Assembly (NCBI GenBank): GCA_034721855.1
Contig: JAYENB010000159.1
Location: 1-55,284, forward strand
Origin: Bacteroidota bacterium
Lineage (GTDB): Bacteria; Bacteroidota; Bacteroidia; Bacteroidales; ML635J-15
Direction: 5' to 3'
Length of the DNA: 55,284 nt
Of this stretch, positions 1 to 8,610 are shown piece after piece (the first letter of the stretch is position 1; every line of letters starts with the position of its first letter). The position numbers were made by a program, and so were the translations under genes. The notes under the pieces are model-generated. The model made no database searches and was not told the origin of the DNA. It was given only the letters and a program-made list of their open reading frames with translations.

Positions 1-208
1 TCCACCATTCTTCGGTGCTTTCTTTTACCCACTGGTAATATATTAGCTCTCCTTCTGGGTGATCGTTTAGTTCTGCATCCCAATAATTCATTTCAAGTTT
101 GTTGTTTGCATCCATTTCAAAATCTATCATTTCGTTGGAGGTGTTTCGCAATTCAATATAGCGGGCAATGCTTTCATTGGCTGAATAGCTTCCGGTTCCG
201 GATTGCAC
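1..208 (-). CDS. Partial ORF running off the window, in frame directly behind the TAG that ends ORF 209..835. It is probably the continuation of the same secreted protein, or else a separate GTG-started gene.
   Basis: There are 69 consecutive sense codons on the minus strand in the same frame as 209..856: VQSGTGSYSANESIARYIELRNTSNEMIDFEMDANNKLEMNYWDAELNDHPEGELIYYQWVKESTEEWW. Confidence 0.35.
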   Translation of the reverse strand, partial: MQSGTGSYSANESIARYIELRNTSNEMIDFEMDANNKLEMNYWDAELNDHPEGELIYYQWVKESTEEWW

Positions 209-835
209 CTAATGGCCGCGCACTACGGTAATATCACCGAGGCTTTGATTATTGGTGATTTTCACGCCAATAGATGCCGGATTGTATGCGGCTTCATCTC
301 CATTAAGCGTGCAAGTAGCACGGATAGTGCCGGTATGGTTGTTAATATCACTTACTTTGATTCGGGTTGTTTCTGATTCTAGGGTGATGCTGCCTGTTGT
401 TCCAAGGTTTGCTGTGCTGTTTTGTAAATCCAGGTCACCGGTAACCATGCTCAGGGTATTTTCAACAAAAATATCCTGTGTCAGCAACACATCACCACCG
501 CTGTTATCAACGGTAAGATCATTAAACGATGTTGTTGAGCTGCCTCCGATGGTTTGGGATGCTGTGGTTGCATTGAACACAACCTCTCCGGTGCCGGTTA
601 AAAATGAGGATGATACATTGTTTGTCCAGTGGCCGGTCAGGTTTAGTGTGCCATTGTTTGTTATTTTTCCAGTGCTTCCGCTTACCCCTGTTAGAGCACC
701 TTTTACATACATGTCGGCACTTGCTTTAATGGTAAGGGGATCTTTTACGGTTAATACATCCTGTGCCACAATGGAATAAGATAATGACAGTGACACCATC
801 AATGGTAACAAAAATTTAAATTTTGTAGTATTCAT
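209..835 (-). CDS. Secreted repeat-rich (adhesin/beta-helix-like) protein, N-terminal part, ending at an in-frame TAG
   Basis: Signal peptide MNTTKFKFLLPLMVSLSLSYSIVAQ starts from the internal ATG at 835. The sequence is T/S/G/N-rich with repetitive TG..G..T patterns. The ORF track gives 209..856. Confidence 0.6.
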   Translation of the reverse strand: MNTTKFKFLLPLMVSLSLSYSIVAQDVLTVKDPLTIKASADMYVKGALTGVSGSTGKITNNGTLNLTGHWTNNVSSSFLTGTGEVVFNATTASQTIGGSSTTSFNDLTVDNSGGDVLLTQDIFVENTLSMVTGDLDLQNSTANLGTTGSITLESETTRIKVSDINNHTGTIRATCTLNGDEAAYNPASIGVKITNNQSLGDITVVRGH

Positions 836-932
836 GTTTATCTGTTTCTTAAACATTAAAATTACAAAAAATAATTAATCATGCTAATAAAAATTAAAAA
901 TTAATAAAAAAAAGCATTCTTTATCCGATGTT

Positions 933-1190
933 TCGACACAGCTTATTTCGCCTGTCACTCTGTCCGACAGCACGAATACGTAGCCCCGTTTGTCGCCGGG
1001 CAAGCTCTGCGTGTCAGCATAAAGAATAGCACGACTGAAAGATGGCACGATAGCACAATTGCATGATAAGCGATTTAATTCATATTTTTTCATTTCTTAG
1101 TAACCTTGCCCGGCGACAGACGGGTTTGCGTCTCAGCGGTGAAAATTGTGTGCGTCTATTTTTAATTTTAGCACTGAGTAGTTACCAAAA
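933..1190. repeat. Mosaic intergenic repeat block
   Basis: It contains modules found elsewhere in the window. cgacacagcttatttcgcctgtcactct (933-961) matches 53328-53356. An inverted pair of the 21-mer module lies at 985-1004 and 1105-1125. ttttagcactgagtagttac (1166-1185) matches 53235-53254 and, reverse-complemented, about 38380. Confidence 0.7.
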
Positions 1191-1192
1191 AT

Positions 1193-2467
1193 TTATTCAG
1201 GCACTGAATAGGCATATCCTTTGCGCCAGGATTGCACAGCCTGCATCCAGGCATTTTTATACCTCTTATCCCTGATAAGTAAAAATTCATTGTTACTTAA
1301 AGATGCAGAATCACGCACAAAAGTAAACATCAGCCCCTGGTAATTGTCTTCAGCACCATACACCCATTTTTCTTTTCCTTCATCTTTATACACTTCATGC
1401 GGAGCCCCGAGAACCACATACACCATACCCCTGTCTGTACGCCAGCCTGCTTTGGTGGCGGTAAAAAATCGGTTGGCCAACTGTACCCTGTTATAATATA
1501 TGCGTATCAACTCTTTGGCTCTGTCTTTTGTTTCTCCCAACGAATACCAAAATTTATCAACAGCGAGTTTTGTATCTTCATGCGTTATGATATTTTCATA
1601 TTCTTTGGGTGTGCTGATGTATTTTACAGGATTTACCATATCAATTGTCTGTCTGACCCAGGGAAAAAAAACAGATTCCCTGTAGATTCCCAGCCCGTCG
1701 GTTATGGCTGTATCCGTTGTAAACCAATAAAAACCAGCAGTGTCCAGAGAAACGGTATCCCCCATACGATAACAGGAGATAAACGCCGGATCCTTTGCCC
1801 CGGAAATTGCTTGTCCGGTGACATATGGCGCAGCAGGACACAGTGAATCCACAGGAAAACGCAGCATCCGGACTGAATCTTCTGCAATCAAATCTGAAGT
1901 AATGCGTATCTTCCTGTTGCCGGAAATAAAATTATAAAACAAGGGAACTCTTTCAAGCGTAAGGTATTCCGGGAAAAAATAATTTGCATTACCGGTTGTG
2001 GATTTATTAATATTGAACACAGAACGTTTATAGGATTTTTTATTTTTATCAAAAAAAATGATTGATGCAAAATAATCCTGGTCTGATTTCAAGCTGGTTG
2101 GGAAATAATTAATAAACACACCTCTTTCCTGGGGTTTAAAATTATAACTTAAGCTTGCAGAATCAACAATTTCCCTTGTTTGAGCATTTCTGATGGCATA
2201 TTTAACACCAAGTCGTAATCCCCCACCCTGCAATTGATCATTTCCAGGGGTAGGCATCATGTTACCAAGGTTCACTTTAAAGAAAACAAAGGTTTCACCT
2301 GTTGAAGCATGATAAGGCCTGACATGCGGATTTATATTTGAACTGCCCGGATCATACAAAGCAGCATAATTGGTTTTTCGGGAAGTAGGTTTTTCATAAT
2401 TCACATTGGTACTTACACATCCCACGAGAAAAACACTTATTAAAACAAACGCTTTAATCTTCGTCAT
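1193..2467 (-). CDS. GWxTD domain-containing lipoprotein
   Basis: The motif AGWRTDRGMVYVVLGAP is present near the C-terminus. A lipobox VFLVGC follows MTKIKAFVLIS. Alternative starts are at 2473 and 2488. The gene overlaps the 3' end of the upstream gene. Confidence 0.85.
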   Translation of the reverse strand: MTKIKAFVLISVFLVGCVSTNVNYEKPTSRKTNYAALYDPGSSNINPHVRPYHASTGETFVFFKVNLGNMMPTPGNDQLQGGGLRLGVKYAIRNAQTREIVDSASLSYNFKPQERGVFINYFPTSLKSDQDYFASIIFFDKNKKSYKRSVFNINKSTTGNANYFFPEYLTLERVPLFYNFISGNRKIRITSDLIAEDSVRMLRFPVDSLCPAAPYVTGQAISGAKDPAFISCYRMGDTVSLDTAGFYWFTTDTAITDGLGIYRESVFFPWVRQTIDMVNPVKYISTPKEYENIITHEDTKLAVDKFWYSLGETKDRAKELIRIYYNRVQLANRFFTATKAGWRTDRGMVYVVLGAPHEVYKDEGKEKWVYGAEDNYQGLMFTFVRDSASLSNNEFLLIRDKRYKNAWMQAVQSWRKGYAYSVPE

Positions 2468-5400
2468 CTTCATAACCAAAAAGTTCATTCATGTCTTTGA
2501 GAAAACGCCTCAAATATGTTTTCGATCCAAGGGAATACCTGTATGAAGGTTGGTCTCCGCGAGCTTTTATCAATCGTTCACCGGGCCTGACATCATATAC
2601 GGCCTGATTAAATTCTTTATTTGTGGAAATGGCGGCCATGTTTCCTGATTCGTATCTGAAATAATACCAGGTTTCTGCATCAATTTCAAAATACATGTGA
2701 TACTTATCTCCACGCCGGTTTTTTTCCAGTGCAATGAAACTAAACACATTTCTGTTTACGGGGTTATCATACAGTGATGATATGCCGACAGGCCCTTCAT
2801 GAATAAACATGCTTTGTTCTTTATACCATTTCATATTCACATCAGTCAGGACAACCAATTCCTGCATTTCTTTCGGAGCATTTTTCACATTGCCCATACT
2901 CAATTCAGAGAACCAGTCTTCGGCTTTTTCCTGCCCTAGATATTCGAGGATAGCTTGTTCATAAATATCGTTGCTCAGGTCTGTTCCAGTAAGTCCCGGA
3001 GCAGTATTGATGTCTTCAGCCATAATATCAAAAGCTTTATCATTGAAATGAAAATCCATCAGCATAACCAGTTTCATGCTGGTGGTATCCTTTTCAGGTC
3101 CATGAGAAAACTCGCCTATGGGATTGGGTTTAAAAAGGCCAAATGCATCTGAAAAATGAAAGCGTCCGTATCCGTTCATTGTACAATCCAGACGGCCAAA
3201 TCTAAGTAAATTTCCGGGAATATTTTCCTCTTCCAATTTATCTTTGTTTGCTATTTTATAAGCCATGTCTTTATCGTCAAAAACGAGGTATCCATCAGAC
3301 ATGAATAAATTTTCATCGGTATGCCGTTCTTTGGGAGAATACATGGCAACATAAGATGAATCACGCTGTATGTTAAGTCCAACCGCCAGTTCTGCCAGGT
3401 TTATGTCAACAGGGGCACTATCAACAGGAATGGTAACATATTCGGGATCAATTTCTTCCCGGAATTTTAGCCATTTGCTATCAATATTCGGACATTGGTG
3501 TTTTATTTTGGCACCACCGTCAAAGATCAGGTTTTCTTGATTGGCATACAATTCTACATCCCCCTGGAAATAAAAATTGGGACTAAGGCTAAAACCATCA
3601 GGTTCAGCAATGGCACCTTTTCCATAGGTTTGGCCGGTTTCATCAACGCCTACCTTTGTTAAGTGAATGGTTTGTGTTTGCTCTGCCTTGTCAACATAGT
3701 CATAATCACCGTATGCTGTGTACGATTTACGCCCCTGAACATTGATGGTAGCGTTTTTAATGGTATGAAAGCGGTTAGTGGTATTGGCTATGATTGTAGC
3801 TTCCTGCAAAGGTTGCATAACAGCCTTTTTCTCAACAACGACTTTCCCATCAGATGTATAAATTGTCGCATCAGCTACACGTAAAAATCTTACCCCATCA
3901 GCAGAAATGATGTAATTTTTCAGGTCATAGGTTGCAACAGGAGCAACAAACTGCAATGAATCCTGATCAGGATGAACCGATATAAACTTAGGGCCTTCAA
4001 GAAACATATCTTCCCACGTTTCATCAGACATGTTGGGGTTTTTCTCAATCTCATCAACCGTTTTTGCATCGCTTTTGATATTGATAATGGTTTTATCCAT
4101 GTGCCAGATTAGTTCTTTCATAAAGCCAATGTACTGGTTTTTCGGAAAATCAACAAAAGTACCTTCTCCATTGGTTTTAAAATGGCCTTTACGTTTCGGA
4201 AAATCAATGTGAGCGTTGACATTGTTGGTAGCAAAATCAATTTCAAGTTTATTTTCAGCGAGTAATTCAAAATTGGCCGTATCAGCATCAATGTAATGCC
4301 TGTCAAAGGTAAAATGATCAGAATATGATTTTGACTGTTCGATATCAATTACACCATTTCCTTCCAATCCATGCGGTGTAAGTAATAACTCCCCTTCCAT
4401 TTTAGATTGTTCTTCAAACATGACGAATTTTTCCTCAATGGATTTGGCAAAATATTTATCCTCGTATGGATACCAGCGTATATTGTTATTTTTCCCCTGC
4501 ACATCCGGATACTCTTCCGGAGCAGATTGCGCTTCCATATCCAACGTATTAGCATGTGCATGCAATGAATCAGGGAAAAATGTAACTTTTTCAACATCTG
4601 CAAAACTATTGAGGTACTGTATTTCCCCCTTTCCTTTTAATCCCTGGTTACTGAGGTCAATTTCGTTTTCATAATTTCCTTTTCCTTTGTAAACAGGATA
4701 CCCTTCTGCCGGTGTAATTCGGTGAAAACCCAGTGAATAATCCGGTCTTACTTTCAGAGTCTCTTCAATATCAGGGAATATATCTGCAGAGTAAAATGTA
4801 CCGTCAAACTCCAGGTTTTTTTTGCTGTATTCTTTTAAGCTGTCAATTTCATAAGGGTCAATTTTAAAATAAAAATTGTTTCGCTTATACACCCCATCAT
4901 AAATATCTTTATCGTCATAATACACATAACTTTCCTTTTTGGAAATGAACTGCGGATATTGTTCCATATCCAATTTTCCTGATTTATTTTCCGGGTCATC
5001 AATAAAATACTCACCATCCACATCTTCAATGGTATTTTTTACAATTTTAAGGATTTTACCGCCATCAGCCAGCACTTGACCGGATTCGACAAGCATTTTC
5101 ATGGAATCACAACGAGGCATATCCACTTTAAAATTGCCATAATCGAATTTAAATTCATAGCCGTAAAAGAAAAACTGACCGGATTTCATGGTTCCATTAA
5201 AAATAAAATCACGGTTTTTTTTCATGATAATTTTCTTATCAATGGGATAAATTTCCACGTTTTGTGAATCTGACAAATGCACTTGTGGCACCCCATTGAT
5301 CTGAAGATCATAATTCAACAGGCTCAATGTAGCATTGGGGGTTCTTCCCTGTGTTTTAGAACCAAACTGCATAACATCATAATCAATTTTACCACGATTA

Positions 5401-6965
5401 GCATCAAGGTACGACCACATTTCGGGTTTGATTTTCACCATATCAGAATCTGTATCATACTGGATAAAACCAAGATATGCCAGGCGTAACAGCATTTGCT
5501 TTACCTGAAAAGGAGAATATTTGATGTAACGGGCAAAGTCTATCAGGTTAAATTCAGGTGCTCCCCAATATCCCACAAAATTCTCAAGCCTGATAAAAGG
5601 ATGAACCTCGTCACGAACCTGAATTTTGCTGTATCTTGATTTTGAAAAGAAATCTGCAGATTCAAAAAATGCTTCATTGACACCTGACATGGATTTGAGC
5701 ATTCCAAACTGCATTTTATATTTTTCAATTTCCCATTGCAACCAGGTAAAATCCATGTGAAGCCTGTGATACGAGTTGGTAAAATACACTTTAGACATTC
5801 CTTCTTTATCCCTCTGAAGATCCAACAGTTTGTTTTTAAATGTGTATTTCATCATCAGGCTGGGATGGTAAATGGAATCTTCATTCAGATGCAGGGTTAT
5901 TTCTGTATTGTCAGAATATATTTGCCGGGGATCAAGTGTAAATGCCTCACTTTCAGCCACCAGTTTAATGGTATCACTTTTCGCAATGGTGATTTTAGCT
6001 TTCTGGTCTTTCACGCCGGTTCCGATAAAACGCTGGCCTTTCATCATAAAACCACCTTCATAATCAATGCCTTCCAAAACTCCTTGCATTTCAAACTTTT
6101 TTGTGTATGTATTAAATCGCGGGTAGCTAGATTTAGCAAGGTTATCGATGTTCAGGGCTTTGTCTTCTAATGTGCCATACAGGGCATCCTCAAAATAATT
6201 TAAGTTGACAAATCGGGCTGAATCTGCCGTGTATCCCTGTTTAGTCAAATCAATTTGGTAGCGGTTCAGGTCTGCATACACAGAATCAGGGCTTAACAAC
6301 ACACGCTCCCATGTAACTTTTCCGTACTGTCCTTTCCAAACTTCTTCCATAGGAAACGCTGTTCCGGATGTGCCTTTGATGATCACACTATCACGTCCGT
6401 ACAGTCCATACACATTGACATTTGAAAACCGTATGTAAAGGCCTTCTTCTTCGTTATAGCCAATGTTGTCAGGAAAATGAGAGACTTTCCATAACACCCT
6501 GGGATGCCGAAATATTACAGAATCACGAAGCAAATCGTTTGCGTAAAACTGGTAATCTGAAATTCGTTTGGCATTGATGTAATTCCGTTCATTCAATAGT
6601 GTTATCAATCCATTGCGCCATTCCTGATATTGTCCGCTATTGAATTCATGACGGTAAAACAACATCATATTTTCAGCATAAATAAACAAATTTGGCCATT
6701 CCCTGGCTCCCTTAGATACAAGCAGGTTAGCAGTTTCAATAAATTCATCTTTTTTGTCGCCGGAAATGCTATCTAAATTCCAGAAAATTTCAAAATTTTC
6801 TGCCAGGTCCTTACCCTCTTTTCCATCCAGTTTAATTTTACCCAGGCTTTTGCAAAAGGTTTCACAAAATTCATCATGCTCTTCAGGAAACTGATCCTGT
6901 GAGAAAAGAAAAGTTGGAATGCATAAAAGCAACAGAAAAACGAAACGAATCTTTTTTTTGATCAT
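2454..6965 (-). CDS. Very large (about 1500 aa) secreted protein of unknown function
   Basis: The ORF is uninterrupted. The internal start MIKKKIRFVFLLLLCIPTFLFSQ (ATG at 6965) gives a signal peptide and removes the overlap with prmA. I recognise no catalytic motif. Confidence 0.85.
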   Translation of the reverse strand: MIKKKIRFVFLLLLCIPTFLFSQDQFPEEHDEFCETFCKSLGKIKLDGKEGKDLAENFEIFWNLDSISGDKKDEFIETANLLVSKGAREWPNLFIYAENMMLFYRHEFNSGQYQEWRNGLITLLNERNYINAKRISDYQFYANDLLRDSVIFRHPRVLWKVSHFPDNIGYNEEEGLYIRFSNVNVYGLYGRDSVIIKGTSGTAFPMEEVWKGQYGKVTWERVLLSPDSVYADLNRYQIDLTKQGYTADSARFVNLNYFEDALYGTLEDKALNIDNLAKSSYPRFNTYTKKFEMQGVLEGIDYEGGFMMKGQRFIGTGVKDQKAKITIAKSDTIKLVAESEAFTLDPRQIYSDNTEITLHLNEDSIYHPSLMMKYTFKNKLLDLQRDKEGMSKVYFTNSYHRLHMDFTWLQWEIEKYKMQFGMLKSMSGVNEAFFESADFFSKSRYSKIQVRDEVHPFIRLENFVGYWGAPEFNLIDFARYIKYSPFQVKQMLLRLAYLGFIQYDTDSDMVKIKPEMWSYLDANRGKIDYDVMQFGSKTQGRTPNATLSLLNYDLQINGVPQVHLSDSQNVEIYPIDKKIIMKKNRDFIFNGTMKSGQFFFYGYEFKFDYGNFKVDMPRCDSMKMLVESGQVLADGGKILKIVKNTIEDVDGEYFIDDPENKSGKLDMEQYPQFISKKESYVYYDDKDIYDGVYKRNNFYFKIDPYEIDSLKEYSKKNLEFDGTFYSADIFPDIEETLKVRPDYSLGFHRITPAEGYPVYKGKGNYENEIDLSNQGLKGKGEIQYLNSFADVEKVTFFPDSLHAHANTLDMEAQSAPEEYPDVQGKNNNIRWYPYEDKYFAKSIEEKFVMFEEQSKMEGELLLTPHGLEGNGVIDIEQSKSYSDHFTFDRHYIDADTANFELLAENKLEIDFATNNVNAHIDFPKRKGHFKTNGEGTFVDFPKNQYIGFMKELIWHMDKTIINIKSDAKTVDEIEKNPNMSDETWEDMFLEGPKFISVHPDQDSLQFVAPVATYDLKNYIISADGVRFLRVADATIYTSDGKVVVEKKAVMQPLQEATIIANTTNRFHTIKNATINVQGRKSYTAYGDYDYVDKAEQTQTIHLTKVGVDETGQTYGKGAIAEPDGFSLSPNFYFQGDVELYANQENLIFDGGAKIKHQCPNIDSKWLKFREEIDPEYVTIPVDSAPVDINLAELAVGLNIQRDSSYVAMYSPKERHTDENLFMSDGYLVFDDKDMAYKIANKDKLEEENIPGNLLRFGRLDCTMNGYGRFHFSDAFGLFKPNPIGEFSHGPEKDTTSMKLVMLMDFHFNDKAFDIMAEDINTAPGLTGTDLSNDIYEQAILEYLGQEKAEDWFSELSMGNVKNAPKEMQELVVLTDVNMKWYKEQSMFIHEGPVGISSLYDNPVNRNVFSFIALEKNRRGDKYHMYFEIDAETWYYFRYESGNMAAISTNKEFNQAVYDVRPGERLIKARGDQPSYRYSLGSKTYLRRFLKDMNELFGYEDDED

Positions 6966-7008
6966 ATGTTTCAACAATTTATCGGATAAAATTACACCAT
7001 ATAATATA

Positions 7009-7842
7009 CTACACACCGGCATAAGAAAACCATGCAGCACACCAATCGAGTTCTTTGAATAACTGTTCAAATTTCAGGCCATGATGTTCAAATGCTTTTC
7101 TAACATCATTCAGATCGGACATTAAAAACCCGGATAACAACAGATGGGCATTTTTATTTAGCTTTCCTGTCAGGCGTGAAGCATTATCAATCAGCGTGTT
7201 TTTGTTTATATTTGCCAGGATAACATCAAAAGCGTCATTTTTACCGGGAATATCCAGCGCCCCCTGCTTTACAACTATCCTTTTACATTCATTAATATTG
7301 ACATTCTCTCTTGCGTTATCCACTGCCAACATATCAGTATCAACCGCTAACACTGATTTTGCTTTCTGTTTTTCAGCCATAATGGCAAGAATGCCAGAGC
7401 CTGTTCCCCAATCCAGAACCGTTTTTCCACACAACGGAATTTTCAACATGTTTCTTATCATCATGCGTGTGGTTTCGTGGTGTCCTGTACCGAAAGCCAT
7501 TTTAGGATGAATATTGATTACAATCTCCGGCAGGTTATCCGGGGTATGGAAATCTGCTTTTATCAATACTTTATCATCTAACCTCACTTCCTTAAAAGAG
7601 CTTTCCCATTGTGCATTCCAGTTTTTCTGTTTGATTGTATGTTCTTTGTACAACAACAACATATCACTGAGAAAACTTGTCACAGCTTTACGATTATATT
7701 TCTTTTCAGGGACATAGGCAATCAAAGCATCTTCTGCCTCTTCAAAGGACTCAATCGAAAAATCACTCAATTTTGCAATGACAATCTCCAATAACTCGGG
7801 GGGCAGATTTTGCGAAGGGATTATAATCTGTATATAATCCAT
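7009..7842 (-). CDS. prmA: Ribosomal protein L11 methyltransferase
   Basis: Its 277 aa length fits the family. The SAM-binding motif VLDWGTGSGILAI and the conserved FGTGHHETT segment typical of PrmA are present. It stops at TAG. Confidence 0.9.
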   Translation of the reverse strand: MDYIQIIIPSQNLPPELLEIVIAKLSDFSIESFEEAEDALIAYVPEKKYNRKAVTSFLSDMLLLYKEHTIKQKNWNAQWESSFKEVRLDDKVLIKADFHTPDNLPEIVINIHPKMAFGTGHHETTRMMIRNMLKIPLCGKTVLDWGTGSGILAIMAEKQKAKSVLAVDTDMLAVDNARENVNINECKRIVVKQGALDIPGKNDAFDVILANINKNTLIDNASRLTGKLNKNAHLLLSGFLMSDLNDVRKAFEHHGLKFEQLFKELDWCAAWFSYAGV

Positions 7843-8610
7843 TTAAAAGGCTTTTAAAATAGACAAAAAGGATTCTGCTTTTAAAGAGGCACCACCAACA
7901 AGGCCTCCATTAATATCTTGTTGCTTAAACAAGTCGGAAGCATTTCCGGGTTTGACACTGCCACCATAAAGTATGGGAACATCTTCCACATTTGAATTTT
8001 CATAATGATCCCTTAACAATGTACGTATCCACTCATGCATTTCCTGTGCTTGCTCCGGAGTAGCTGTCTCTCCTGTACCAATTGCCCAAACAGGTTCATA
8101 AGCAATAATACTACGCATCAAATTTTCCTCATTGACTTGAAAGAAGGATGCTTTGAGCTGCTCTTCCACCACTTTTTTATGCCTGTCTTTTTTTCTGTCC
8201 TCCAGCGTTTCACCACAACAAAATATGGGTCTCAGGGCATTTTTCAGACAAACATTAACTTTATTTTGAAGGCTTTCGTAAGGCTCTTTGAATATATGGC
8301 GTCTCTCACTATGGCCTATGATCACATAGTGTGCACCTGTGGATTTAATCATTTCAGCAGATATTTCACCTGTATAAGCCCCCGATTCATACTCAGCACA
8401 ATTCTGTGCAGCCAGTGAAAACCTCCTGTAATCCATTATTTTAGCAATTTCACTCAAATGAATAAAAGGCACTCCAAGAATAATACGGATATGTGGATCC
8501 ACCGTGGAGGCATTTACCTTGTCGTTAATATCAGCAGCAAGTTTCATTCCCTGCTGCAAGTCAGTATTCATCTTCCAGTTAGCAGCTAACACTTTTGGTT
8601 TCATTCCCAT
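7843..8610 (-). CDS. tpiA: Triosephosphate isomerase
   Basis: Motifs AANWKMN, IIGHSERR and AYEPVWAIGTG are present. An alternative start is at 8604. Confidence 0.93.
   Translation of the reverse strand: MGMKPKVLAANWKMNTDLQQGMKLAADINDKVNASTVDPHIRIILGVPFIHLSEIAKIMDYRRFSLAAQNCAEYESGAYTGEISAEMIKSTGAHYVIIGHSERRHIFKEPYESLQNKVNVCLKNALRPIFCCGETLEDRKKDRHKKVVEEQLKASFFQVNEENLMRSIIAYEPVWAIGTGETATPEQAQEMHEWIRTLLRDHYENSNVEDVPILYGGSVKPGNASDLFKQQDINGGLVGGASLKAESFLSILKAF

Noticed and set aside
252-779. Long antisense ORFs lie opposite real genes. Examples are 252..779, 5736..6170, 8035..8418, 9694..10077, 15696..16040, 24655..25041, 29345..29743, 43018..43539, 46909..47319 and 49370..49762.
   Set aside because: They lie entirely inside much longer ORFs on the other strand that carry clear family motifs. 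Their products are low-complexity or hydrophobic with no motifs. They are typical shadow ORFs of AT-rich coding DNA.
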